56,506 nt of DNA from a virus (taxonomy: Duplodnaviria > Caudoviricetes), in IMG/VR virus record IMGVR_UViG_3300019762_000009, positions 1 through 56,506 of that record; one strand, 5' to 3'. Below are positions 8,169-17,367 of the stretch, piece by piece. How positions within the stretch are numbered: position 1 is the stretch's first letter; the number at the start of each line of letters is the position of its first letter. A program made the translations under genes and the position numbers. Under the pieces are notes generated by a model. The model was given only the letters and a program-made list of their open reading frames with translations, was not told the origin of the DNA and ran no database searches.

Positions 8169-9497
8169 ATGGCTACATTGAATACTAACAACAAACTGAG
8201 AATGAATCGGGCAGAACTCCTTAAAACTCTTCGTGACAACGACGAGTGGGAGACTTACGAACATGAAGGCAACGTGCTTGCCATTCCAAAATCTGAACTC
8301 ATTACGCCACGTCTTGTAATTGTACGAGTACGTGGACGACATGGTAACAACTGGCGTATGAAGGATGCCGTCATGGACGGTGGTGCTTTTGAGTACGCAG
8401 AAAAGGTATCTTACCTTGGTGACGGGGCAATGGATACCACAGGGGTTGTGGGGTCAGATATGGCAGAAGCCTTGATGGACATGGAAGCTCCGCCTCCCAT
8501 CTTGTTCGCTGTTGGTACAAAGAAGGAAGAGGATTTGATGCTGTCTAACCTGCTTGGGTGGGATAGATTGGCTGAAGTCTTGGACTTCTGTATCGAAATG
8601 GTAGAACTTGGATTCAATACACCGGACACTCGCATGGCTGTTTATCAGGAAGATGCCGAAATGTCCGCTACTCAGTACGGCAAACTTTGTGGTGCTGATC
8701 CAATCCGAATCGGCAATGAAACTATCTTTAGTCCTCTGGCACAGGGCTATCGTATTACTCACACAGCACTCCCTCTCGGTATCTTCCGTGATGGGCAGTG
8801 GGTTTACTACTCAGAGGAACGGGCATTGGAATGCTTCGATCTTCTCATGTATTACCTTAGCATTGAGGCAGAGTATGGTCCGGTAAATGAACCGTTCCAC
8901 TTCTTTCCCAAAGGCGGGCCGAACACACGAGCAGGGAGTCACATCCAGCTTGTTAAACTCCCTGATAACACAGGCATGGTCCCGTGCGCCAACTGCGGAT
9001 GTCTTGTGGGGGGTGAAGGCTACCTTGTAAATAATGGGAACTCGATTGTGTGTGGATCGTGTGCGGTATACAAAGCAAATGACCCAAAGGTCATCTTCGA
9101 AAACAGGATGCCTGTAGACCCCCATTCTGTGGGAATGGAGACGCCTCTGTGCCCTACTTGTAAGAGCAGAAAGGACGTAGTTCTCTACGAAACGGGTATG
9201 GCTGAGGTCTTCCACTGCAACCATTGTGAGAATGACTTCATCCACCAAGGGTCCGAAGAGTTTTGGATTCCAAGGAGAGGGGTCATTGGCAAGCGCATGT
9301 CTAGCACGATGCTTGCCTCTAAGGAACGGTACTGCCATGAATGCGGACAGGATTTGTTACCTTGGGACGTGACGTATTCTACATATCTCACGAAAGACCC
9401 AATGGAAAGTCCGACGGTCCTTTGTCCTACATGTTATCACTTGAATGAGTTGGACTATGATCCAATGCGAACATTGGTTCATGGTCTTGATACATAA
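8169..9497 (+). CDS. Hypothetical protein with three C-terminal Zn-ribbon-like motif pairs
   Basis: CANC/CGSC, CPTC/CNHC and CHEC/CPTC in a ~442-aa ORF. Confidence 0.85.
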   Translation: MATLNTNNKLRMNRAELLKTLRDNDEWETYEHEGNVLAIPKSELITPRLVIVRVRGRHGNNWRMKDAVMDGGAFEYAEKVSYLGDGAMDTTGVVGSDMAEALMDMEAPPPILFAVGTKKEEDLMLSNLLGWDRLAEVLDFCIEMVELGFNTPDTRMAVYQEDAEMSATQYGKLCGADPIRIGNETIFSPLAQGYRITHTALPLGIFRDGQWVYYSEERALECFDLLMYYLSIEAEYGPVNEPFHFFPKGGPNTRAGSHIQLVKLPDNTGMVPCANCGCLVGGEGYLVNNGNSIVCGSCAVYKANDPKVIFENRMPVDPHSVGMETPLCPTCKSRKDVVLYETGMAEVFHCNHCENDFIHQGSEEFWIPRRGVIGKRMSSTMLASKERYCHECGQDLLPWDVTYSTYLTKDPMESPTVLCPTCYHLNELDYDPMRTLVHGLDT

Positions 9498-9648
9498 AAG
9501 TATAGTAACTTAAACTTGAAAGGTTATAGGTAGAAGCCTATGAAGAAAATCCACAGACCTAAGACAAAAGGCTATAGACGTATGCAGAAAAGTCGTGCTT
9601 CTAAGAAGGAAGGCGGTCCGTAATGCATGAAGTTTCTGCAAAAAGTTC

Positions 9649-9676
9649 TTGACAATTGCGGAAACTATGTTATAAT
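9649..9676 (+). promoter_or_regulatory. Consensus sigma70 promoter with extended -10, upstream of the replication module
   Basis: TTGACA-16 bp-TATAAT with TGn. Confidence 0.8.
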
Positions 9677-9817
9677 GTACTTATGTACAGGGTGTCAAGG
9701 ATACTGATTATGGTTATTTAGTAATTGATAATTAGTATTTAAATTAAATAGTATTATGTATACAAGTACTCATTCTGACTGAGTTATCATACATGTACTT
9801 TATGTACTGGAGGTCGT

Positions 9818-10102
9818 ATGACCAAGAAGGAATTAGAACTTGAACTTAAAAAGTCTCAAGCTCAGGTGCGACACCTCCTTCGCACAATAAACAGACATTG
9901 CTACGCCTGTTCAGGCAATGTTAAACGTGAGGTAGAAAGATGCCCTCTGCACTTAGAGCAAAAGAATGGCTCATTAGTACAAGGCTGTTGGTTGTATCCT
10001 TACAGGATGGGGATGTGGCCCACAACAGTGAAGGCTACCGTGAGCGGGAGTGGTGTGCCAACATACACGCCCCCTAAACGTAAACGGAAAACTTCTCGCT
10101 GA
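9818..10102 (+). CDS. Small basic Cys-containing (putative Zn-binding) protein
   Basis: GGAGG RBS; CYAC...C...C. Confidence 0.8.
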   Translation: MTKKELELELKKSQAQVRHLLRTINRHCYACSGNVKREVERCPLHLEQKNGSLVQGCWLYPYRMGMWPTTVKATVSGSGVPTYTPPKRKRKTSR

Positions 10103-10152
10103 TTAACTAAGTATTGAATCAACGTATACACGACGGAATAAGGTATCCAGAT

Positions 10153-10419
10153 ATGAAGAAACTCTGGAATCTCATTATCAAAGTGGCAAAGGCTGTGAAG
10201 AGTATCGCTAACCAGATCAGGGAAGAGGTTGAGAAGCAAATCAAAAGGCTTCCACTCTTAAAGAAACTGAAGTTGGGGTGGCGTTGGCTCACACAGGGTA
10301 AGACTGTACAAGAAATTGTAAAGGATACCCTAGTCAGCCTGATCAAGGATAAAGCTTGTGATGTTCTGTATGAACAGTCACAAAAGCACCTTGGTTTTGC
10401 CCTTAATGTAAGTCTCTAA
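10153..10419 (+). CDS. Hypothetical basic helical protein
   Basis: ATG 10153 in frame with the TTG-start ORF at 10114. Confidence 0.75.
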   Translation: MKKLWNLIIKVAKAVKSIANQIREEVEKQIKRLPLLKKLKLGWRWLTQGKTVQEIVKDTLVSLIKDKACDVLYEQSQKHLGFALNVSL

Positions 10420-10429
10420 GGAGCATATA

Positions 10430-10861
10430 ATGCTGCACTGTTTAGCATGTGACGGCAGGGTGAGTGATCCGCTCCATGAACTATGTTCTGCATGTGAGTT
10501 CCTCTCTAAGAGAGTCTTCCCAAGTATGGGTGACTACAGAATTACATGTCAGCACGCAGTGCGGGAGCTTTGGCGAACACCACTAGTAACAAAACATCTG
10601 GACATAGAGCGTGATGCTGTCCCCGAAGAGTTACTAGTTGAGGACTACACGGAACTACAAGATGAGGATTTACAATGGCTCTCGTCACTTTTGACAGCAT
10701 CTTCCCTCCGAGCCTCGGCATCGGGGAGTCTGTCCGATGGAAAGGTTGCCCCTTCTGTGACCCCGATCACTACCGAGAATGTAGTAAGACGACTCGAACA
10801 GAACGAGGATGGAAGTTTTACTGTCATCGGTGTGGAAAAGGTAAGGCCAAGTATTCAGTAG
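10430..10861 (+). CDS. Hypothetical protein with N-terminal Zn finger (CLAC...CSAC), overlapping the primase 5' end
   Basis: AAGGAG RBS; 187-nt out-of-frame overlap with the primase. Confidence 0.7.
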   Translation: MLHCLACDGRVSDPLHELCSACEFLSKRVFPSMGDYRITCQHAVRELWRTPLVTKHLDIERDAVPEELLVEDYTELQDEDLQWLSSLLTASSLRASASGSLSDGKVAPSVTPITTENVVRRLEQNEDGSFTVIGVEKVRPSIQ

Positions 10862-11583
10862 GGTTTACACCTGCCGCAGCGAAAGCCCACCTATCTACAT
10901 GGCAGAAGCGTGGTGAACTGAGAACTAAGTCTATCTTCCTTCCCAAAGACTTCAACCAAAACATTCCACCACAAGGGTACAAGTGGTTGATCCAGTACGG
11001 AATTACCCCAGCCCTTATAGCCAAGTATGGTATAGGTTTTTCTGAGTACTACAATCGTGTGGTGCTACCCGTCTATCGGGGTAACGACCTAGCATACTGG
11101 CAAGGACGTAACGTAGGCAAGGCAACACAAGATAATCCGAAGTACTTGAATGTTTCCTGTGACAGGGAAGATACCTACTTCGAATTGTGGCAGAATGCTG
11201 ATGATCCAGAAGGGCCAATAGTCCTAGTAGAGGATATCCTTTCTGCAATCCGAGTACACGAAGCGGGATTTAATGCTATCAGTTTGCTCGGCACAAACCT
11301 TACAGAACATCTGCTTGCTAAGCTTATGTCCAAAACTTCCAATGGTAAATGCTACGTTGTGATCTGGCTTGATCCAGACATGCGGAAGAAGATGATAGGG
11401 TTTATCCCACGCTTCACTTCTCTTGGCATACCTACTCGTGTAGAAGTCTCTGCACAGGAAGACCCCAAAGATTACAAAGCCCATGAAATACAAGAGCGTC
11501 TTAAGAAATTTGAGAAAGCTCTTGACAAATCCACGGATATTGGTTATAATAATAGTACAAAGGGTGGGAGTGAAACAACATGA
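10675..11583 (+). CDS. DNA primase (Zn-binding domain + TOPRIM)
   Basis: CPFC...CHRC; YWQGR, KYLN, VLVED and WLDPD motifs. Confidence 0.9.
   Translation: MALVTFDSIFPPSLGIGESVRWKGCPFCDPDHYRECSKTTRTERGWKFYCHRCGKGKAKYSVGFTPAAAKAHLSTWQKRGELRTKSIFLPKDFNQNIPPQGYKWLIQYGITPALIAKYGIGFSEYYNRVVLPVYRGNDLAYWQGRNVGKATQDNPKYLNVSCDREDTYFELWQNADDPEGPIVLVEDILSAIRVHEAGFNAISLLGTNLTEHLLAKLMSKTSNGKCYVVIWLDPDMRKKMIGFIPRFTSLGIPTRVEVSAQEDPKDYKAHEIQERLKKFEKALDKSTDIGYNNSTKGGSETT
11522..11550 (+). promoter_or_regulatory. Consensus sigma70 promoter inside the primase 3' end, upstream of the helicase
   Basis: TTGACA-17 bp-TATAAT. Confidence 0.75.
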
Positions 11584-12818
11584 TTGAGATTACGGTTCTT
11601 AAAACCTTTCTTACAAAGTCCGAGTATTTGATGTACCATAAGTACCTCTCAAAGCTTGAGTTAGAACATGAAATCAAGACACTCCTCTCAATATTAGGTG
11701 ATTATTACGATGAGTTTCCACAAGTTGACGGTTTAACTGTAGACGAGTTCGAAGTTTACTTCGCTTTGAAGAATCCTGCTGACCGCAGTAAGGCTACATA
11801 TAACGAACTCTTTGTTAAACTTCGTGACCTCAGCGTAACGGAAGATACTCAACAGTCCTGTATCAAAAGGATGGTTGAGAAGTACTATGCAGCAGAGATT
11901 GTCGGTGAACTAACCGATGTTCTATATGGTGCATCTTATGATAAGCTCGAAGAAGTAGGCGAGACAGTCGAAGACTTCCTCGCACTTATGCAATCTGTAG
12001 AAGAAGACGAAGAAGAGTCAGACTTCGTTGAAGCATCTGCGGAAGCTATCCGTCAAGTGGTAGCAAACCCAAATGGTCTACACTGGAGACTCAGTAAACT
12101 CGAAGAATACTTCGGGCCTATTGCGGGAGGTATCCTTGGGCATGTGTTCGCATGTACTGGTGTAGGCAAGACCTCATTCCTTGCATCTGAATTGACCCAC
12201 ATGGCTACTCAGATTGAGGACGATGAGATTATTCTCTGGATGAACAATGAGGAACAGGGTGAAAAGGTTCAAGGCCGTTTGTACAACGCCGTCTTGCAGA
12301 CCTCGACCAAGGAATACTTACGCCACCCACAGAAAGCGGACGAAGAGTTCATTAATCGTGGGGGTCTTAAAGTCAGGGTGGTTGATAAACCATCTATCCA
12401 TGTCTCCGACATACGAAGATTCCTTAAGAAGTACAAGGTACGGTTACTTGTAATTGACGTTGCTGACAAGGTACATTTTAAAGGTGAAGAACGGGTTAAG
12501 TCTGAACATCTGCGACTTGGAAAACTCTATGAGATTCTGAGAACAATCGCCAAAGAGTTCCGCATCCCGATCATCACAACAGGTCAGGCAGCGGTAACAG
12601 ACAGAGAACGTCTTACTATTGAAGACATGTCTGAGTCAAAAGTAGGTAAGCCCAAAGAGCTTGACTTCGCTCTCGGTATCGGTGAACCCAAAGATGAAAA
12701 CCTTCGAGAAGTTCTACGCTACTTATCCATCGCAAAAACTAAGATGGCTGAGGGTAGACGGGGTAGCTTTGGTGTACGCTTTGACCAAGAGAAAGCTTTA
12801 TTTTCCGATGTAGCTTAA
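11580..12818 (+). CDS. DnaB-like (SF4) replicative helicase
   Basis: Walker A TGVGKT, NNEE motif, LLVID Walker B, IPIITTGQ, IAKTK; follows the primase. Confidence 0.9.
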   Translation: MIEITVLKTFLTKSEYLMYHKYLSKLELEHEIKTLLSILGDYYDEFPQVDGLTVDEFEVYFALKNPADRSKATYNELFVKLRDLSVTEDTQQSCIKRMVEKYYAAEIVGELTDVLYGASYDKLEEVGETVEDFLALMQSVEEDEEESDFVEASAEAIRQVVANPNGLHWRLSKLEEYFGPIAGGILGHVFACTGVGKTSFLASELTHMATQIEDDEIILWMNNEEQGEKVQGRLYNAVLQTSTKEYLRHPQKADEEFINRGGLKVRVVDKPSIHVSDIRRFLKKYKVRLLVIDVADKVHFKGEERVKSEHLRLGKLYEILRTIAKEFRIPIITTGQAAVTDRERLTIEDMSESKVGKPKELDFALGIGEPKDENLREVLRYLSIAKTKMAEGRRGSFGVRFDQEKALFSDVA

Positions 12819-12834
12819 CAAAGGAGACATAGCT

Positions 12835-13149
12835 ATGGCAAAGACTAAGACAGAGACAATGAAACTATATGCGTCTGATCCTATATTCAGACGTAAATGC
12901 AAGCAGGTGAAGGATTGCCGTGCTGCTTACGATGAAGCTAACGAAGAGATTCGAAAACTAAAAGAACGGGCTGAAAGGTTGTCCTCGCAACGGACACAGG
13001 CACGTTATGCGTATACGAAGGCTCTCAGTATCCGGAACTCTCATGAAAAGGGAGACGGAATGGTTCGTGTCAAGCTCGGTAAATCTAAGGTCACAGAGTT
13101 CTGCGCTCAGGTTGCAAAGGGTCTCATTGATGCCGTGTCGAAGTGGTAA
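12835..13149 (+). CDS. Hypothetical coiled-coil protein
   Basis: AAGGAG RBS; 104 aa. Confidence 0.8.
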   Translation: MAKTKTETMKLYASDPIFRRKCKQVKDCRAAYDEANEEIRKLKERAERLSSQRTQARYAYTKALSIRNSHEKGDGMVRVKLGKSKVTEFCAQVAKGLIDAVSKW

Positions 13150-13203
13150 GTAATCTCCCCGCACCGTCGGGGAGTTACGCCTAGTTATGTTTATAGGAAT
13201 CTT

Positions 13204-15123
13204 ATGTATATAGTAGCTGTTGATATTGAAGGCACACGTAAACCACTCATTAATCCGTGGCAAATCGGTGCATACATCTGTTCTATTGGAATCAAAACAT
13301 CAACTGGTGAAGAGAGACAGTGGATACTTGAACACAAGAACGAACAAGTACGTCCACGAGAGGAAGTTCTCAAGGAAGTACAGGAGTATTTAGATAAAGC
13401 TGACTTGCTTGTAGCACACAACGCCAAGTTCGACCGCAACCACTTGAAGTGGATTGGGTTAGACGTAGGGAAGACACCTTGGTGGTGTACTATGGTTGGT
13501 GACTACATTATTCATAAGCAAAAACATCCGAAAGGGTGGAGCCTCAATGCCTGTTTGAAACGTCATAACATGCCTCTCAAAGAGGATATGATGAAGGTTT
13601 ATTGGGAAGAGTACGGGTATGAGACTGACGAGATTCCACTCGACATACATATCCCTTACTTACGGAGAGACGTAGAGTCTACCTTGAATTTGTATTGGGC
13701 GCAAGCCCCAACTGTTCGCAAGATGGGTTTGGATAAACTCATGCGACTCCAGTGTACAATGGTGACTGTTCTCTCTGATATGGAAGTGCATGGTGTAGGC
13801 TTTGATAAAGTCAAGGCTATGCAGTTCTACAAAGAAGCACAAGAAGAAGTCAAGCAACTCGAAGCTGAGATGCAGCAGTATACGAACATCCCGAACTTCA
13901 ATGCTGGTTCCGCAATCCAGAAGAGTGCTGCCTTGTTTGGTGGCAGAGTCAAGGTCAAGTTCCGTGAGAAGACTTATCGGAAGTTGAAGTCTGGCAAGAT
14001 CAAGGAAGGTGAGCGTTGGGCTGAGGAGTACAGAGAGTTCGTAGGCTTAGGCTTTGTACCGGAAGGTGAACGTGGTGCTAATGGGGCGTACCCAGTAGGT
14101 AAGAAAATTCTGAAACGACTTCGTGCAAAGACAAAAGAGCAGAAGGCTTTCAGGAAACTTCTTCTGGACCATGCAAAGGTCAACAAGGTAGTTACCTCAT
14201 TAATCACGAAGGATAAAAAATCGGGACTCATCATGCAGATAGGGTCCGACGGACGCATCCATCCATCTTTTAATATGTGCGTGACTAAGACAGGGCGTCT
14301 ATCGTCATCAAACCCTAACGGGCAGAACTTACCACGTAAAGGTACGAACCCTATCAAGAAGTGTTTCGTCCCCACCAAAGACGACTACGTTATGGTTAAC
14401 CTTGACCTAGCACAGGTCGAGTTCCGAGTAGCCGCAGAGTTATCCCGTGATCCTAAGATGCAATACGACTTGAATCATGGGGTAGACACACACGCAGAGA
14501 ATGCTTCTGAGCTTTTCATCAATGGTCCCTTCGATCCCAAGAACGAGGAGCATGATGGGTTTAGAACCACTGCAAAGATCGTAACATTCCGACTCCTTTA
14601 CGGTGGCTCCGCTGTGGGCTTTCATAAGGACGGTGACATGCCGGACCTTGGTAAGCGTAAGTGGGAGCAAGTTGTTACACAGTACAAGGCCAAGTTCAAG
14701 GGTCTATCTGCGTGGCAGGAAGAGAATGTTAAGACCGTATATCGAACTGGAACTTTGGTGTCCCCCACCGGACGACAGTTTAAATACGACTTCGATGGTC
14801 AGAAGTATGAGTACTCTCAGATATGTAACTATATCGTACAGTCTGCTTCTTCTGACGTGATGTACCTTGTTATGGCAACAGCAATTAGAAAATTGTGGGA
14901 GCTTGGTATTGATGCCACTCTGGTGTTGCAGGTACATGATTCAATGGTATTCGAATGTCACAAAGACCAAGTGAACAAGCTTTGTCGCACAGTTGTGGAC
15001 CTCTTCGACGATATACCGAACTTAATGAAATCATACTTTGGTTGGGATTACGTCACACCTATGGGTGGAGACGCAGAAGTTGGCCCTTCCTATGGTGAAC
15101 AAACGAAATATGAGGATTTTTAA
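13204..15123 (+). CDS. Family A DNA polymerase with 3'-5' exonuclease domain
   Basis: ExoI DIE, ExoII HNAKFD, ExoIII YLRRD; TGRLSSSNPNGQN; motif A DLAQVEFR, motif B RTTAKIVTFRLLYG, motif C QVHDS. Confidence 0.95.
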   Translation: MYIVAVDIEGTRKPLINPWQIGAYICSIGIKTSTGEERQWILEHKNEQVRPREEVLKEVQEYLDKADLLVAHNAKFDRNHLKWIGLDVGKTPWWCTMVGDYIIHKQKHPKGWSLNACLKRHNMPLKEDMMKVYWEEYGYETDEIPLDIHIPYLRRDVESTLNLYWAQAPTVRKMGLDKLMRLQCTMVTVLSDMEVHGVGFDKVKAMQFYKEAQEEVKQLEAEMQQYTNIPNFNAGSAIQKSAALFGGRVKVKFREKTYRKLKSGKIKEGERWAEEYREFVGLGFVPEGERGANGAYPVGKKILKRLRAKTKEQKAFRKLLLDHAKVNKVVTSLITKDKKSGLIMQIGSDGRIHPSFNMCVTKTGRLSSSNPNGQNLPRKGTNPIKKCFVPTKDDYVMVNLDLAQVEFRVAAELSRDPKMQYDLNHGVDTHAENASELFINGPFDPKNEEHDGFRTTAKIVTFRLLYGGSAVGFHKDGDMPDLGKRKWEQVVTQYKAKFKGLSAWQEENVKTVYRTGTLVSPTGRQFKYDFDGQKYEYSQICNYIVQSASSDVMYLVMATAIRKLWELGIDATLVLQVHDSMVFECHKDQVNKLCRTVVDLFDDIPNLMKSYFGWDYVTPMGGDAEVGPSYGEQTKYEDF

Positions 15124-15125
15124 AT

Positions 15126-15728
15126 ATGTGGATTAAACGAGACAGTTTTGTTTTCCGAGATGATCTGGTATCTAAACGCACAGGTAACACATACTCTGCG
15201 TGGGTATTGACAGGTACTAAGATCGGCGGCAACGACCGCCCTGACGAAGAAGGGTATCGCAAAATTTTCTTTGACAATCAGACTGCGGATGTTATTGAGA
15301 AAGGTGTGACTCGTCCAGACATTAACATCGTGAGCTTTATTGCTAACGGTACTAAGGACGGTGACACTATTGAAATCAAAGTAGTTCAGCAGGGACAGAA
15401 CTGGAAGATTGTCCATCTGAAAAATCTGAGTGAGGCTCCAGTAGAGTACAAACCACTGTCCGCAGATCAGCTTGCACAGATGGCTAACACTCAGATGCAG
15501 AACCAGCTTCAGCAGCAGGACTATCAGAACACACCTCAGCAAATGAACCCACAGGGTAACTTTGCACAGCAACAGGCAGCCCCTGCCCCACAGCAGAATG
15601 CCCAGCAGTATTACAATCAGGTACAGCAGAACGCTCAGCAGCAGATGCCTCCACAGCAGCAGGCTCAGCCGTACCACCAACAAGCTTTTCCCTCCGAGTC
15701 AGGGAACATGGGTGATGTACCGTTTTAG
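15126..15728 (+). CDS. Putative single-stranded DNA-binding protein
   Basis: Beta-rich N-domain, Q-rich linker and acidic-aromatic tail GDVPF (SSB-Ct-like); follows the polymerase. Confidence 0.6.
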   Translation: MWIKRDSFVFRDDLVSKRTGNTYSAWVLTGTKIGGNDRPDEEGYRKIFFDNQTADVIEKGVTRPDINIVSFIANGTKDGDTIEIKVVQQGQNWKIVHLKNLSEAPVEYKPLSADQLAQMANTQMQNQLQQQDYQNTPQQMNPQGNFAQQQAAPAPQQNAQQYYNQVQQNAQQQMPPQQQAQPYHQQAFPSESGNMGDVPF

Positions 15729-15770
15729 GCGACGGTAATGTCACGTAAGCTCCCCATGTAGAAGACTCAA

Positions 15771-15950
15771 GTGGAACTCTCGTTTGCATTCTCCTGCTTT
15801 GAGTTGCGGGAGTTCCACAATATTTATATTTCTGTACTGCCACCCGTCAGTGGTTTGTTGTAGTCTATCCGGTTAATTCCCTACGGCAGTACAGAACCTA
15901 TCACTCCCTGAATAGAGGGGTGGCACGGAGTCCAGACTGTGTTGCCCCTC
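15771..15950 (+). ncRNA. Three consecutive stem-loops (candidate sRNA or processing element)
   Basis: Stems 15771-83/15806-18, 15830-41/15885-96 and 15915-28/15937-50; two contain G-U pairs. Confidence 0.5.
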
Positions 15951-15971
15951 GCCTTTCTATAAGGATTTTCA

Positions 15972-16895
15972 ATGACCAACAATCACGATATGCCTAGCAT
16001 AACGATCGACTGGTTTTCTGATCCGAAGCATGTCTTCACAGGACGTGCTGACTACTCCGCAACCACCCTCATACAATCCCCAAGACAAGTACGTTTGCAT
16101 AAACGACACCGACACGAGGTTGAGACAGACATTCGTGATTCTTACTTAGCCAAGCTAGGAAATATCCTACACGAGGATATGGAACGTAAACTGAAACATC
16201 ATGGTTACGCTACAGAGGCCAAACTCACTGAGGTGATCATGGGTCGTAAGCTCGTAGCTATTGTGGATGCTTACAAAGATGGTGTAGTTTATGACCACAA
16301 GACCACCAAATGTGGCAACATGGGTACAACAAAGATGAAACCTGAGTGGGAGCAGCAGCTTAATATCAATAGTTATATGCTGCGAAAGCAGGGTGTTCCT
16401 GCTGATCTTCTGGCTATTCATCTGGTGTATCTTGATTGGAAACCTACTATGGCTAAACTCAACAAGGATTACCCCCAATCTCCGACAGCCCTCTTGACTT
16501 GTACTGCGTGGTCTTTTGAAGAACAAGATAAATTTATCCGTGAGAGGCTTACTCTCCACAAGGCAAATGAAGATGCAGAAGACGCTGAACTTCCTCACTG
16601 CACAATGGAAGAACGCTGGGAGAATCCCCCGCAGATAGCCGTGACACGACAGACTGGAAGCTGTGCTAAGCTTTGCTCCACGGAGGAAGAAGCAGAGGCT
16701 TACATCAAGATGCGTGGGTTGAATAATGTCAAGCTTGTGCATCGCCCATCCCAACGAACAAAGTGTAAACTCTTTTGTGATTATGCACATCTGTGTAATC
16801 AGTATAAGGAGTATCTCGATGAAGAAAAAGCAGACAAGCAAAGAAAACAAGAAGCAGAAAAAGCTTCGACTGGAAAGAAGAAAGATGAAGAATAA
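15972..16895 (+). CDS. PD-(D/E)xK (Cas4/RecB-like) exonuclease
   Basis: YSAT, GNILH, VD...YDHKT, QLNIN and C-terminal Cys cluster. Confidence 0.8.
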   Translation: MTNNHDMPSITIDWFSDPKHVFTGRADYSATTLIQSPRQVRLHKRHRHEVETDIRDSYLAKLGNILHEDMERKLKHHGYATEAKLTEVIMGRKLVAIVDAYKDGVVYDHKTTKCGNMGTTKMKPEWEQQLNINSYMLRKQGVPADLLAIHLVYLDWKPTMAKLNKDYPQSPTALLTCTAWSFEEQDKFIRERLTLHKANEDAEDAELPHCTMEERWENPPQIAVTRQTGSCAKLCSTEEEAEAYIKMRGLNNVKLVHRPSQRTKCKLFCDYAHLCNQYKEYLDEEKADKQRKQEAEKASTGKKKDEE

Positions 16896-17367
16896 AGCCA
16901 GACGAGAGGCCAACAATGGTAAGCCTTGGGTGCTCAAGAAGTTCGTCTGGACTCCAAAGGAAGAGCGTTACACAGACATGCCTGACAAACTCAAGTCTCC
17001 CTTGGAACATGAGATAGCTTGCGAACTGGAAAGCGACCCAACCGTAGACTATTTCGAGTACGAGCCTACAACTTTCTCTGTGATTCTTAAGACTCCACAC
17101 AAGGTTGACTTCAAGGTCTATCCTAAAGATGGTGAGCCTTACTATGTGGAAGCTAAGGGGTATCTCAGACCTGCTAACCGTGATCTCATTGCAAGATTCC
17201 GTGAGCAGCATCCTGACGTAGACTATCGAATGATCTTTGAAAACCCACACAAGAAGTTGAGTAAAGGACCACGGGCTTGGACATATGCAAAGTGGTGTAA
17301 GAGACTTGACATTCCTTGGGGTTGGACCAATCGATATAACACTGAACCAGACGTAGAGGGGTTTTAA
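16885..17367 (+). CDS. T7 endonuclease I-like Holliday junction resolvase
   Basis: KSPLE, FEYE, VDF, YVEAKG and TYAKWC motifs; start position uncertain. Confidence 0.8.
   Translation: MKNKARREANNGKPWVLKKFVWTPKEERYTDMPDKLKSPLEHEIACELESDPTVDYFEYEPTTFSVILKTPHKVDFKVYPKDGEPYYVEAKGYLRPANRDLIARFREQHPDVDYRMIFENPHKKLSKGPRAWTYAKWCKRLDIPWGWTNRYNTEPDVEGF

Noticed and set aside
9540-9623. 27-aa basic ORF (MKKIHRPKTKGYRR...) faintly like a ribosomal L34 peptide
   Set aside because: Weak RBS and only compositional similarity; may be real but cannot be supported.
14550-14610. Unusual polymerase motif B residue
   Set aside because: The position equivalent to E. coli Pol I 762 is the ordinary Phe (AKIVTF).
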